A stretch of 64,000 nt of DNA from an uncultured delta proteobacterium. Lineage in GTDB: Bacteria > Desulfobacterota > Desulfomonilia > Desulfomonilales > Desulfomonilaceae. Positions within the stretch are counted from its first letter, which is position 1. Every line of letters begins with the position of its first letter. The notes below the pieces were generated by a model that made no database searches, was not told the DNA's origin, and saw nothing but the letters and a program-made list of their open reading frames with translations. A program made the translations under genes and the position numbers. The stretch spans positions 1 through 64,000 of the forward strand of contig CAWBKB010000005.1 in the NCBI GenBank assembly GCA_963789265.1. The letters are read 5' to 3'. Below, in pieces: positions 42,508 through 52,159 of this stretch.

Positions 42508-43555
42508 ACCACTTCCTTCAATAAAAGAGCCGGGACAGAACCGGCAAAACAAGAAAGTTTAGTGCGACACGAACAGACATCAGATGCGATACTCTTTCGG
42601 TACAAACGGGAGACCGGTTTTATGTCGTTTTGTAGAAAGATTAACGCAGTCTTGTCTGTCGCGAATTTCTTTACAACTACATCTTCCTTAAATATTTAAT
42701 TATTTCTTATATACTCGGTGAAATCATAATAACACGAACATAATGCCAAGTCAAGCCCGAATCTAGATTATATAATCAATACTATTTACTTGAGATAATC
42801 AGCATAACTAGTTTAACATTTAGTATAAATATTGTATTGGATTTGTAGTGGCCCCGCATGTACAATCCTACGGGCAGTTCGGCAGGGGGCGTCTTTTTTC
42901 ACGTTCATTCTGTTATGGACGCGCTCCCGGCACATGCTTGCGCGATTCTATTGAGACCCGGACCGTGCATATCTGCCTTTGAGCTTCTGCGACCTCGCAA
43001 GGTATCGGCGCATGTTTTCGCGGTTCCGCTGGGGTTTCTCAATAGGATTGAGACATTGTCGTTCGCGGGGTAGGAAATATGCATTAAAGAAAAAGGATTG
43101 CCGTGGTGAGGGCATCGCACGCTCTTAGGACACTTATACCGCCCACGCAGCCTATCATTTGAGTTGGCAGCCCAAAGCTTGGCCATACGTCAGGAACTCT
43201 TTATAAGCAGCAGACGTAGACCAGGGAGTAATCAGGAGGCTTTCATTTGCATTTGACGAGTCACGAGAAGCCAAGGGGGCGAGCCGATTTCACCCTGTTC
43301 AGCCATTTTTTTGCTGTATTTCTAATCCAGCAAATTTTCGCTGTGTTCGAAAGGGATTTGCACTCATGGCTTAATGAAAGTTTTCTGCATGCCAAATTAA
43401 TTGCCCAATGCTGTTTCTGGCTTCACGTGTATGGTAATTATACCATAATATCCAATTATTCCATGTATATCATATTATAGAGGTTAATATTATCGTAATA
43501 TATTATTGATATATATGGTCAGTAGTATAAAAAATGTCGCGGTCGCTATTATTAC

Positions 43556-43584
43556 TTGACAAGAAGAACTTTTTATTCTAGAAA
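43556..43584 (+). promoter_or_regulatory. Candidate sigma70 promoter
   Basis: TTGACA-N17-TAGAAA in AT-rich DNA ~90 bp upstream of 43673. Confidence 0.5.
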
Positions 43585-43672
43585 TTTAACATTCCAAAAA
43601 TTTCGGTTTGTTCAATGGGCTATGCCTCTCAGAGATCTTGGGAAGGCTGGTGTTTTCTGCTGTTAGGAGGAT

Positions 43673-44665
43673 ATGGATATGAAGCGTGTCGTTGTACTTT
43701 GCATAGGAATTCTTGTCTTTGCCCTGATCCCGGCTGTGGTCCCCGCGCAAGGCTTGCTGCCCAATATTCCTCTGTTGGGCGGAGTATTCCGTGGGCCCAC
43801 TAGTTGCGGAGAGGGGACCCCATCCCTTGGACTGGGCCCTCTAGTCGGCTACGTAGGCTGGATGCCATACACCACGCGCGGTGTCGGCTTCGGTGTCGGT
43901 GGCTCCCTGGGCCAGTTCGATCAAAACTACGGTCTTAGTGGCGTCTGGTTCGGTGCTCAAGACACCTGCCTCTTGTCTAATTGGCTGGGTTTCATGGCGT
44001 CCGGTTGGTATTTAGTGCCTTCCAATGCGACCTCAACCGAAGTGTACAACAACGGCCTTTTCGGGGCGAGACCTTGGGACACATCTACCGAATGGTGGTA
44101 CGTAGACGGTGCCCTCCTCATCAACGGTCCGCACTGCCTCTCGCTTATTTTGGGCCTCCGTTACGATTATCATAACACCCAATTTTCGTATACCACTACT
44201 GCTTCTACCACCATCGACGGTGATCGTGTTATCTTCGGGTTGCCCACCGACCAGGCTACCGTGACGTCGGAGGGATGGATTCCCCTCATCGGCACTCAAG
44301 TTGCATACAGCGGCCCGACCACAGACCTGACGGTAAGAGTGGTAGGCTTTCCCGCGCTGCCCGGCAACATCGAGTACAGGGAGACTCTCGGGGCTCTGGG
44401 CAATCTTCTGGGCGGCGGTGGCGCGGGCAATGCTGACTTTAGCGGTACGTATTTCAACGGCTATTTTCTGGAAGTCTTTGCCGACTACACTCGAAAGTTC
44501 GGAGCCGGCGGGATCGGGGCGTTCGCGCGATGGAACATGACGCACGGAAACTCGAACGCAGATATCGCCCTTCCCATTGGGACCGCCAGCTACGCCTTGG
44601 GCTTCAACCGGACGTCCTGGACCTTTGGAGGCAGCGTTAGCTTAAGCTTCAACTCACCATTCTGA
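43673..44665 (+). CDS. Exported hypothetical protein, putative outer-membrane beta-barrel
   Basis: AGGAGG RBS, signal peptide, Gly/aromatic-rich strands, C-terminal WTFGGSVSLSFNSPF. Confidence 0.75.
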   Translation: MDMKRVVVLCIGILVFALIPAVVPAQGLLPNIPLLGGVFRGPTSCGEGTPSLGLGPLVGYVGWMPYTTRGVGFGVGGSLGQFDQNYGLSGVWFGAQDTCLLSNWLGFMASGWYLVPSNATSTEVYNNGLFGARPWDTSTEWWYVDGALLINGPHCLSLILGLRYDYHNTQFSYTTTASTTIDGDRVIFGLPTDQATVTSEGWIPLIGTQVAYSGPTTDLTVRVVGFPALPGNIEYRETLGALGNLLGGGGAGNADFSGTYFNGYFLEVFADYTRKFGAGGIGAFARWNMTHGNSNADIALPIGTASYALGFNRTSWTFGGSVSLSFNSPF

Positions 44666-44747
44666 TCGCTGACTTCGGAGAGAAGGTCGTTTGACCTTCT
44701 CTCTAGTCTTGTCGACTCCAAATATTCCACTGTTTGCTTGGGCGAAC

Positions 44748-44774
44748 AACCCTCTTCGGAGGGTTTTGTTTTTT
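44748..44774 (+). terminator. Rho-independent terminator
   Basis: AACCCTC-TTCG-GAGGGTT followed by a T-rich tract. Confidence 0.75.
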
Positions 44775-44868
44775 CGCCAAACCGAGGTGCTACCAAAAGG
44801 CATTGCAAGGAAACCCGCGGCGATTCATATTAGTTAGATGAGACTAACTTAACTCTACCCTAGAGCAC

Positions 44869-45558
44869 TTGATGGAGCCAGCGGTGCCACCTACCGATGA
44901 ATATACCATGTGGTTGGAAAGAGCGCGGACGGGCAGGAATGTGGACCAGCTCGAGAAGTCTTATGAACTCTTGATGAAACTTGTGAAAAGTGTAGACCCT
45001 ATCACTATCGCGGAGATGACCGATGGCGAGTACAGAGGTGGTGATGGAGTCCCTCGGGTGGTGATCCCATTTCTCCATAGTTGGTTTGTCCTGGAATTGC
45101 TTCCGTACCGGATCCGGGCAGAGCATCAGATAATTGACACACTGCCGATGAAAGTACTGGTTTTGCAACATCTGATAGCGGCCGCAGAGAATCAAGGGAC
45201 GGCCGTAAGGGTGATGGGCGAGTGGATTGATTGTCGGTCATTGCGGCACGGTGCCGTGATGGGGGCCCATTTCTCTAAAACTACCTCTGAACTGCTCGAG
45301 CGCTACTTTGCCCTGGCCTGGAGCGATCGATTGTCCCGAGCGTTGCAGTGGGGCGGCAAACCGGTGGAATTGGGGGAAGAGGGATTCCTGTTCAAATTCT
45401 TTCCCAGATTGCCTGTCGCATTCATCCACTGGAACGCGGACCCGGAATTCCCTTCTTACAGCAAGATCCTTTACGATATCTCGGCCAGCAATTATATGCC
45501 AATTCACGGATTGGCCGCACTCACGGAGTTTCTGATCCACAGGTTGGCCGAGGGATAA
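44869..45558 (+). CDS. DUF3786-like protein
   Basis: GEWI..R.L..G, FFPRLPV..IHW.AD.EFP....ILYD pattern. Confidence 0.7.
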   Translation: MMEPAVPPTDEYTMWLERARTGRNVDQLEKSYELLMKLVKSVDPITIAEMTDGEYRGGDGVPRVVIPFLHSWFVLELLPYRIRAEHQIIDTLPMKVLVLQHLIAAAENQGTAVRVMGEWIDCRSLRHGAVMGAHFSKTTSELLERYFALAWSDRLSRALQWGGKPVELGEEGFLFKFFPRLPVAFIHWNADPEFPSYSKILYDISASNYMPIHGLAALTEFLIHRLAEG

Positions 45559-45773
45559 CACTGTGCCATCGGTTCGGGGCAAGTGCTTGATAGCGCGATG
45601 CTTAAATTCAGAGTAGGGCGGCCCGTGGCCGTCCCGCGCCTCGCGGGATCGGGCGTGGCCCGACCTACCCGTGGATCTGCGTCTGGATTAACCCCCCTTA
45701 ACGCGGGGCAGATTGGACAAAACTTTTGACAACCACTATAGCTGGTCCCTTTACCTGCTAAAGCATTCTCCCG

Positions 45774-46373
45774 TTAGGGTGTTTTGCCACTGGAAGGTTC
45801 GGATCCCAGCTTTTCTTTCAACTGCTTAACCCAGGGCCGAACCATCACGGCGTGAGGGCTATTCCCCGCTTTCTTCAAGAACAGCTCCCATGTCTTCAAT
45901 GCCCCGGCGTCGTCCTTGATGTCGTCTCTAAGCACAATTCCGAGGTTGAACAGGGCCATTGGATGTACCGGATTTACTGCCAAGGCTTGGCGAAATGCTT
46001 TGACGGATTCTTCGGGTTTCCCAATCTTCCGATAGCTGATCCCCATATAGAACATGACGTCGGCATTGCGGGCATCGATCTTTAAAGCTTTCTTGTAGGT
46101 CCCGACGGCTTCGGCATAATCGCCCGCGTTAAAATAGGAGTTCCCCAGTAACACGAGATTGTCAAGATCCTTCGGCTTGAGTTTCAGTCTTTTCTTCAGA
46201 TCGGCTATTCTGGCTCTTAATTCAACTTGTTGGTCTCGTTCTTTGTTCACGGTGCGCGAGCCTTGCACGGCTCCGACACCGTTGTCCAGTTTCCAGGCCG
46301 AAAATACTATCCCGGCTAAGAAGCCCGCAGCAAAGAATCCCAACCACCCGAACCACAAAGAGTTCTTCTTCAC
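45774..46373 (-). CDS. Membrane-anchored TPR protein
   Basis: N-terminal TM and three TPR-like repeats. Confidence 0.85.
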   Translation of the reverse strand: MKKNSLWFGWLGFFAAGFLAGIVFSAWKLDNGVGAVQGSRTVNKERDQQVELRARIADLKKRLKLKPKDLDNLVLLGNSYFNAGDYAEAVGTYKKALKIDARNADVMFYMGISYRKIGKPEESVKAFRQALAVNPVHPMALFNLGIVLRDDIKDDAGALKTWELFLKKAGNSPHAVMVRPWVKQLKEKLGSEPSSGKTP

Positions 46374-46593
46374 TAAATCTACTCCAGGTCAACTTTCTTT
46401 TAGGGTAACACAAGCGGCTGCGGCATGGAAGAGAGGCATCGAACCGAGGAAATGTGGAACTGGAAACCTTTTCGCGAAGACCAAATCCGTGGTAAGGTCG
46501 GACTGACGGCGATTCCAAACAACGGAATCAATTCTAGGCTTGCTGTTCGGAATGGTCCACATCGGCAAGGAAGAACTCTCAGGAGAGCTGTTC

Positions 46594-47859
46594 ATGGAAG
46601 ACCTGAAGCGAAAATATAGGACAGTCATGGATGATCATTTCCCGGAGACAATGAAGATTATCTTCGGGAATCAGGAGTTGGAATACAGAAAGCGGACATG
46701 GAAAATTGCCGATTCGTCTGGGGCTTTAGTGGAAAAGGGTCTACGTTACGGCGAAAATCCCGGCCAAGAGGCAGCACTTTACGAATTGACCTCGGGCAAC
46801 CTAGCGTTGGGCGATTGCAAGTTTGTGGGGCCGGGAAAAGGTTTGGTCAGCTCGCTGAGCGAACCGGAGATGATCCAAGCTGGGAAGCACCCGGGCAAGA
46901 TAAATCTCACCGATGTGGACAACGCGCTAAATATACTAACATTTCTTATGAAATCACCTGCCTGCGCGATAATGAAGCACAACAATCCTTGCGGTGTGGC
47001 GGTTCATGAAAATATGTCGCAAGCATATTACCGGGCCAATATGGCTGACCGCATAGCTGCGTTCGGCGGGGCAGCGGTTTTTAATCGTGCGATGGACAAA
47101 GTTACCGCGGAATTGATCGCCCAGAACTACCTCGAAGTAGTAGCTGCACCCGATTTCGAAGAAGGTACCGTGGAGGTTCTTTCCAGGCGCAGGAATTTGC
47201 GGATACTGGCCGTACCGGGGATCGATAGACTTCAGGACTACTTATTCGCTCGCTACGTTGATTTCAAATCTCTCATGGACGGCGGAATTATAGTTCAACA
47301 ATCTTCGGTGAACTCCATTCTGTCGCCGGGAGACCTTGTTCCGGCCCGGGCGCGCCATCGGGACAAGGAATATGTGATAAAACGTCTCCCAACGGAGCGT
47401 GAAGTCCAGGACATGATTTTCGGCTGGGCTGTTGAGCAAGGCGTGACATCCAATTCAGTTTTGTATGTGAAAGACGGCTGCACAGTGGGTATCGGGACAG
47501 GCGAGCAAGACCGGGTTGGCGTCGCGGAACTGGCGGTAGTCAAAGCATACACGAAATACCGGGATCGCCTATCTTTCGAGCACCATAAGGTACCCTTCAA
47601 CGAACTGAAGGACGCGATGATTCGCGAAGGCCTGGACTTGGAAACGCGGCAGTATAAGGCCGGCTTGCTCGGATCGGTAATGGTTTCTGACGCTTTTTTT
47701 CCATTCAGAGACGGAGTGGATGTAGGAATAAGGGAAGGCGTCTCTGCAATAGTTCATCCTGGCGGCTCCGAACGAGACTTCGAGTCGATTCAGGCTTGCA
47801 ATGAAGCGACCCCTCAGGTGACCATGATGTTCACAAACCAACGAGCTTTCAGGCATTGA
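46594..47859 (+). CDS. purH: PurH-family AICAR transformylase/IMP cyclohydrolase (short form)
   Basis: LRYGENPGQ, MKHNNPCG, AAFGG, EVVAAP, SNS, SDAFFPF.DG, RAFRH; no N-terminal MGS-like domain. Confidence 0.85.
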   Translation: MEDLKRKYRTVMDDHFPETMKIIFGNQELEYRKRTWKIADSSGALVEKGLRYGENPGQEAALYELTSGNLALGDCKFVGPGKGLVSSLSEPEMIQAGKHPGKINLTDVDNALNILTFLMKSPACAIMKHNNPCGVAVHENMSQAYYRANMADRIAAFGGAAVFNRAMDKVTAELIAQNYLEVVAAPDFEEGTVEVLSRRRNLRILAVPGIDRLQDYLFARYVDFKSLMDGGIIVQQSSVNSILSPGDLVPARARHRDKEYVIKRLPTEREVQDMIFGWAVEQGVTSNSVLYVKDGCTVGIGTGEQDRVGVAELAVVKAYTKYRDRLSFEHHKVPFNELKDAMIREGLDLETRQYKAGLLGSVMVSDAFFPFRDGVDVGIREGVSAIVHPGGSERDFESIQACNEATPQVTMMFTNQRAFRH

Positions 47860-47917
47860 GCCGGTCGACTGTTGTCGGCCTAGTCCGGGGAGTGGACATC
47901 GGGTCGGGAAACGAAAG

Positions 47918-48607
47918 ATGATAAAGGGACACCTTGCCGTCTTGCTACTTGGGATTGTGGTATTGCAGCCCGGGCTTTCAGCCGCACTTACCTTCCAGGA
48001 AGTGGACAGCCGCATTCAGGCTAGCGATACCGCGCTAAAAGCTGCTCTGGCTATGCCCGAGCGGGGTATTCCAAAAGACTTGCTCCAAAGATGCAGAGGA
48101 CTGGCAATTTTCCCGGCGGTCCTCAAGGTGGGACTAGTATTGGGGGTGACCTTCGGGAGAGGAATTGTCCTTAGGAGAGACGAGAAGACCGGCCAATGGA
48201 GCGGCCCCGCTTTCTTCACTATTCGCGGTGGTAGTGTGGGGCTTCAAGCAGGCGCACAGGCCACTGATCTTATTCTCCTCATAATGAACGAGGAAGGTGT
48301 TGAAGGACTTCTGGAAGATAAATTCACGCTCGGGGCGGATGTTTCGGTTGCCGCGGGCCCTATAGGGAGGATGGCTTCGGCGGAAACTAATGTCCGACTC
48401 AACTCGGGCATTTTGTCTTATTCGAGATCAAAGGGCCTGTTCGCAGGCTTTGCCCTCAAAGGCGCAGAACTCGAACCTGACCAGGAGGCCAACGAGGTCT
48501 ACAATGGCAAGGGGATCACGGTCCAGGACGTCCTTTACGAAGGCAAAGGGTCCATTTCAGACAATGCCCGCCTTCTTATCAAGAGCTTGGACGACGCAAC
48601 CCGATAA
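47918..48607 (+). CDS. Lipid-binding SYLF (Ysc84) domain protein
   Basis: Signal peptide; WSGPAF, GGSVGLQAG, AAGPIGR, SYSRSKGLFAG. Confidence 0.9.
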   Translation: MIKGHLAVLLLGIVVLQPGLSAALTFQEVDSRIQASDTALKAALAMPERGIPKDLLQRCRGLAIFPAVLKVGLVLGVTFGRGIVLRRDEKTGQWSGPAFFTIRGGSVGLQAGAQATDLILLIMNEEGVEGLLEDKFTLGADVSVAAGPIGRMASAETNVRLNSGILSYSRSKGLFAGFALKGAELEPDQEANEVYNGKGITVQDVLYEGKGSISDNARLLIKSLDDATR

Positions 48608-48697
48608 GCAAGCGCGCTACATATCAATCCCTATGAAATCCCTGTTCGCCCAAAATGTCGGCGCAGTCTCCAAGTAGATGCCGGAGTCGCGCTGAGA

Positions 48698-49366
48698 ATG
48701 GAAGAAGATGCTTTGACCCAAGGCAACCGTAATGCCGAAAAGAAAGCGTTCCAACAACAACATTCCTTAAAAACGTGCGCTTCTCCGATCGTTCTGATTA
48801 CGGCGGTCGTCTGTTTCCTAGTTTATCCAAACGCCTGTTCCAGCCAACAGACGTTCGAAGAACCTTCTTCGAAGATAGTGATCCTGAAGCAGAGGCACAT
48901 CCTGGAGTTCCACCAAAACGGCAAGCCTGTAAGGACTTACAAGGTAAGTCTGGGATTAAACTCGCATGGTAGCAAGCGGGTCGCCGGCGATGAAAAGACC
49001 CCGGAGGGAGAGTATTTCATCTGTTACAAGAATGCCGCGAGCCGTTTCCATCGCTTCCTGGGTATCAGCTACCCAAGCGCGGCAGACGCCCAGACTGCGT
49101 TTGAGAGTGGTCTAATATCACTCGATAAAAGGGATTATATCGTAAACAGCCTTAAAAGCGGGAAAGCCCCTCCCTGGGACACTGCATTGGGGGGCTGGGT
49201 CGGAATTCATGGCTATCCGAGCAATGAAAATCAGAGAATATGGGTGACGCTTCTCTACCCCAAACCTGAAGACTGGACCGACGGATGTGTAGCAATGTGG
49301 AACTTTGAAATTGAGGAGCTTTTTCCCAAGGTTTCCCTGGGAACACCCGTTATTATCTCGCCCTGA
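48698..49366 (+). CDS. L,D-transpeptidase (YkuD family)
   Basis: GDEKTPEG, ISYP, IGIHG-like VGIHG...WTDGCVA. Confidence 0.9.
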   Translation: MEEDALTQGNRNAEKKAFQQQHSLKTCASPIVLITAVVCFLVYPNACSSQQTFEEPSSKIVILKQRHILEFHQNGKPVRTYKVSLGLNSHGSKRVAGDEKTPEGEYFICYKNAASRFHRFLGISYPSAADAQTAFESGLISLDKRDYIVNSLKSGKAPPWDTALGGWVGIHGYPSNENQRIWVTLLYPKPEDWTDGCVAMWNFEIEELFPKVSLGTPVIISP

Positions 49367-49440
49367 ATCTCATTGTCGTATGCGGCACGTGCTGAAAGTT
49401 GGAGCCTGTTCCGCCGGGGGTACCCATTGAGATTCACTAC

Positions 49441-50094
49441 CTATGGTGTTGAGTTCCTTTGAGACTGATCCTTGCGGGGGCTGGTTTTGGCAAGGTCCTG
49501 CTCGTTCTGTTTCAGGTAGTTCTCGGCCTGCCGGATCAAGTTCTTCAGGTCAGGTACTGACATCGTGTGTAGGTAATCTATTTCTCCCTGGATCTCCTTC
49601 AAGATGTTGGTGAGTTTAGCCTGCCGCTCTTCAACAACCAGGAGAGTCGCGGCAACTTCCGTGGAAAGACCCGAGAGGCCAAGAATCCGCTTTCTGCTCA
49701 ACATCCAGATTGTGACCGGGAAAGCTATGGCTATCATTATCAGGGCAATTACCATCAGCCTTACATACGCGATCAGTTGCGCTCCGAGCATTTTGTTGAC
49801 GTAAGATCGCTCCTCTGATTTTTCGCCTGTTTTCTTGATGGATTCGAGAGTTTTCTCGATCATTGCTATGCGCTCGTCCTGAGTCAACTTTGACTGATCT
49901 GCGGCATTCTCTTCAGCAGCTTGGGCACCTGACGTCAAAACTTCAGACTTTGGGGGAACGGGAATCCCCGTTGTTTCCTGACCAAAGACTCCGATCTCGT
50001 TCAGGCAGCAGAATGTCGCAACTAATGTCAGGCAACACACACACCTGATAATGAAGAAAACAACTTGCCTCATGTCCGACTTTCTGTCTGTCAT
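49441..50094 (-). CDS. Hypothetical membrane/coiled-coil protein
   Basis: N-terminal hydrophobic segment, central TM, coiled-coil tail. Confidence 0.7.
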   Translation of the reverse strand: MTDRKSDMRQVVFFIIRCVCCLTLVATFCCLNEIGVFGQETTGIPVPPKSEVLTSGAQAAEENAADQSKLTQDERIAMIEKTLESIKKTGEKSEERSYVNKMLGAQLIAYVRLMVIALIMIAIAFPVTIWMLSRKRILGLSGLSTEVAATLLVVEERQAKLTNILKEIQGEIDYLHTMSVPDLKNLIRQAENYLKQNEQDLAKTSPRKDQSQRNSTP

Positions 50095-50107
50095 TTTCGT
50101 AACCCCA

Positions 50108-51331
50108 TCATTTGATAATGCCTATTTCCTTTCCTACGCGCCCACATATCTCGACGACTTTTTTCAAGTCCTCCAAAGTATGCGTCGCCATCAGACACAT
50201 TCTTATTCTTTGAGCCCCTTGCTGCACTCCCGGAGCCAAAATGCAATTTGTAAAGAGCCCCTCATCAAAGAGGCGTTTCCAGAAGTAAAGAGTGCGCATA
50301 TCGTCTCCCACAATTAAGGGGACAATGGGAGTCTGAGTCGGCCCCGGATCAAACCCCAGAGCAACAATCCCTTCCATTAGGAAGCGCGTGTTCTCCCAAA
50401 GACGCTCCCTGATTTGCGGCTCGGTTTGGATCACCTCAAGCGCGGCCTGAACGGCCGCTATAGCAGATGGAGGCATGGAGGCCGAAAAGATCAAGGCCCG
50501 GGAGTGATGCTTGATATATGAAATGACACGCTCCTCCCCCGCAACGAAACCGCCCAGGGAGGCAAAGGACTTGCTGAAGGTCCCCATAACCAGATCGACC
50601 TGATCTGTTAGGCCGAAGTGCTCGAGAGTTCCCGCGCCGGTTTTGCCCAGCACTCCCAGGCCGTGGGCGTCATCCACCATGATCCTGGCACCGAACTCCT
50701 TAGCGGTTGCTACGATTTCCGGAAGGGGGGCGATGTCTCCTTCCATGCTGTACACGCCATCAACAATTACAAGTATCCCATCGGAGTCAGAGCTGGCTTC
50801 AAGATTCCTGCGAAGAGACTCAGCATCGTTGTGGCGGAATCTCCTCACCTTGCCGAAGCCAAGGCGAACCGCATCAAGAATGCTCGCATGTACTAGACGG
50901 TCCACAATTACCGTGTCAGTCCTCATGAGGAGGGGGGCAATGACGCCTTGATTGGTCAAGAATCCGGTGGTGAAGACCAAGGCTGCATCCTTCCCGACGA
51001 AGCGAGCAAGTGACGCCTCGAGCTTCTCGTGGAGATCGAGAGTGCCGTTGAGGAACCGGGAACCCGAACAGCTAGTTCCGAACTCCTCCAGCGCTCGCAT
51101 AGCGGCCTGCTTGACCTTGGGATGAGTGGTCAGCCCCAAATAGTTGTTGGAGCCGACCATTATCGTGTCTCGCCCATCTACAGTGCAATGGGGGCCGTTT
51201 AGTGCAGAAATTGCTCTGAAGTACGGGTAGATCCCTGATGATATGGCTTCTGCCAGACCCAGTTCCATACCGTTTTCAGAAATAACAGGATCACGGGTAA
51301 ACGAAAAGCATTTCTCAAAAAGATCGGACAT
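50108..51331 (-). CDS. PLP-dependent alpha-oxoamine synthase, serine palmitoyltransferase-like
   Basis: YPYFR, GSNNYLGLT, GSRFLNGT, HASI.D, DGVYSMEGD, DDAHG, GTFSKS. Confidence 0.85.
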   Translation of the reverse strand: MSDLFEKCFSFTRDPVISENGMELGLAEAISSGIYPYFRAISALNGPHCTVDGRDTIMVGSNNYLGLTTHPKVKQAAMRALEEFGTSCSGSRFLNGTLDLHEKLEASLARFVGKDAALVFTTGFLTNQGVIAPLLMRTDTVIVDRLVHASILDAVRLGFGKVRRFRHNDAESLRRNLEASSDSDGILVIVDGVYSMEGDIAPLPEIVATAKEFGARIMVDDAHGLGVLGKTGAGTLEHFGLTDQVDLVMGTFSKSFASLGGFVAGEERVISYIKHHSRALIFSASMPPSAIAAVQAALEVIQTEPQIRERLWENTRFLMEGIVALGFDPGPTQTPIVPLIVGDDMRTLYFWKRLFDEGLFTNCILAPGVQQGAQRIRMCLMATHTLEDLKKVVEICGRVGKEIGIIK

Positions 51332-51778
51332 GGTGCAATTTTCCCGTCTGATTGGACCTTCTGCCGCTATCCCCAACGGCTTCGCAGAGAATGACAGGCA
51401 ATGTGGACGGGATGCTTACTCTTCCTCATTTCAAGGTAACGTTCAGCCCAAAGACGACTGCCTGGGTAAAATTGAATCGGGCTGGTCGCAGAGAGCCCGA
51501 TAGCGCGTGAGATCACCGTCACGAGGAGCTGCCCCTTCATGCTTTTAGCCGACCACTACTCTGTGTCGGGAGTGCCGCTCAATTCGTTCAGGGTAAAGCG
51601 CCAAATGACTCCTCAAGATTCCCGGGAGACTACCGGACGGTCCTCAAGCCTCCAATTATTTATGCCCTACACACGCGCAACTCGTCAAGCTTTGGACTCG
51701 AATGCAAATAGCCCGCGGATCGGTCCATTTTTAAACAATGAGAAGAAGGTCACATCGAATGTCCGCGATTCTGAAAAG

Positions 51779-51812
51779 TGATAAAGAGGGCCTGAGGAGG
51801 CCCTCTTTATCA
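51779..51812 (-). terminator. 15-bp stem hairpin downstream of the sat operon
   Basis: TGATAAAGAGGGCCT-GAGG-AGGCCCTCTTTATCA. Confidence 0.65.
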
Positions 51813-51848
51813 TTCAAGCGCCGGCTTTTGCGAAGCCAATGAAGCACG

Positions 51849-52148
51849 CTAGTAGCCTTGCAGGAAATCAGCCAGGATGTCGACCGATTGCTTTTCAACG
51901 ATCTTGTCGAAGATCTTGTCCTTGACCTCCTTGGGGAGGAGTTCGATGCTCTTTGTAGTGGCACTATCGAATTTAGCCGTCGGAAAAGTCTTCAGAATCT
52001 TCTCCTTCTGAGCGTCGTTGGCATAGACCCGAAGTACTTTCAAACCTGCAAGCATCTCTTCCGGCAAGTCGGCAAGTCCGGCCTTTTGAAGTTTTGAGTA
52101 TCTGTCCTCATTGATCCAGATATTAATCGGATATTTTTCTTCGGCCAT
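51849..52148 (-). CDS. Small protein of unknown function (99 aa) coupled to sat
   Basis: GGAGG RBS directly after the sat stop; MAEEKYPINIW...FDSATTKSIELLP. Confidence 0.8.
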   Translation of the reverse strand: MAEEKYPINIWINEDRYSKLQKAGLADLPEEMLAGLKVLRVYANDAQKEKILKTFPTAKFDSATTKSIELLPKEVKDKIFDKIVEKQSVDILADFLQGY

Positions 52149-52159
52149 GTTGTAACCTC

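Noticed and set aside
42858..43480. Short ORFs or an ncRNA in the large spacer
   Set aside because: No RBS, motif or recognisable RNA family by eye; an Rfam scan would be needed.
46594..47859. Truncated purH pseudogene
   Set aside because: Intact frame with RBS and conserved motifs; treated as a short-form PurH.
51849..52148. DsrD
   Set aside because: It does not resemble the DsrD winged-helix sequence and no dsrAB is adjacent.
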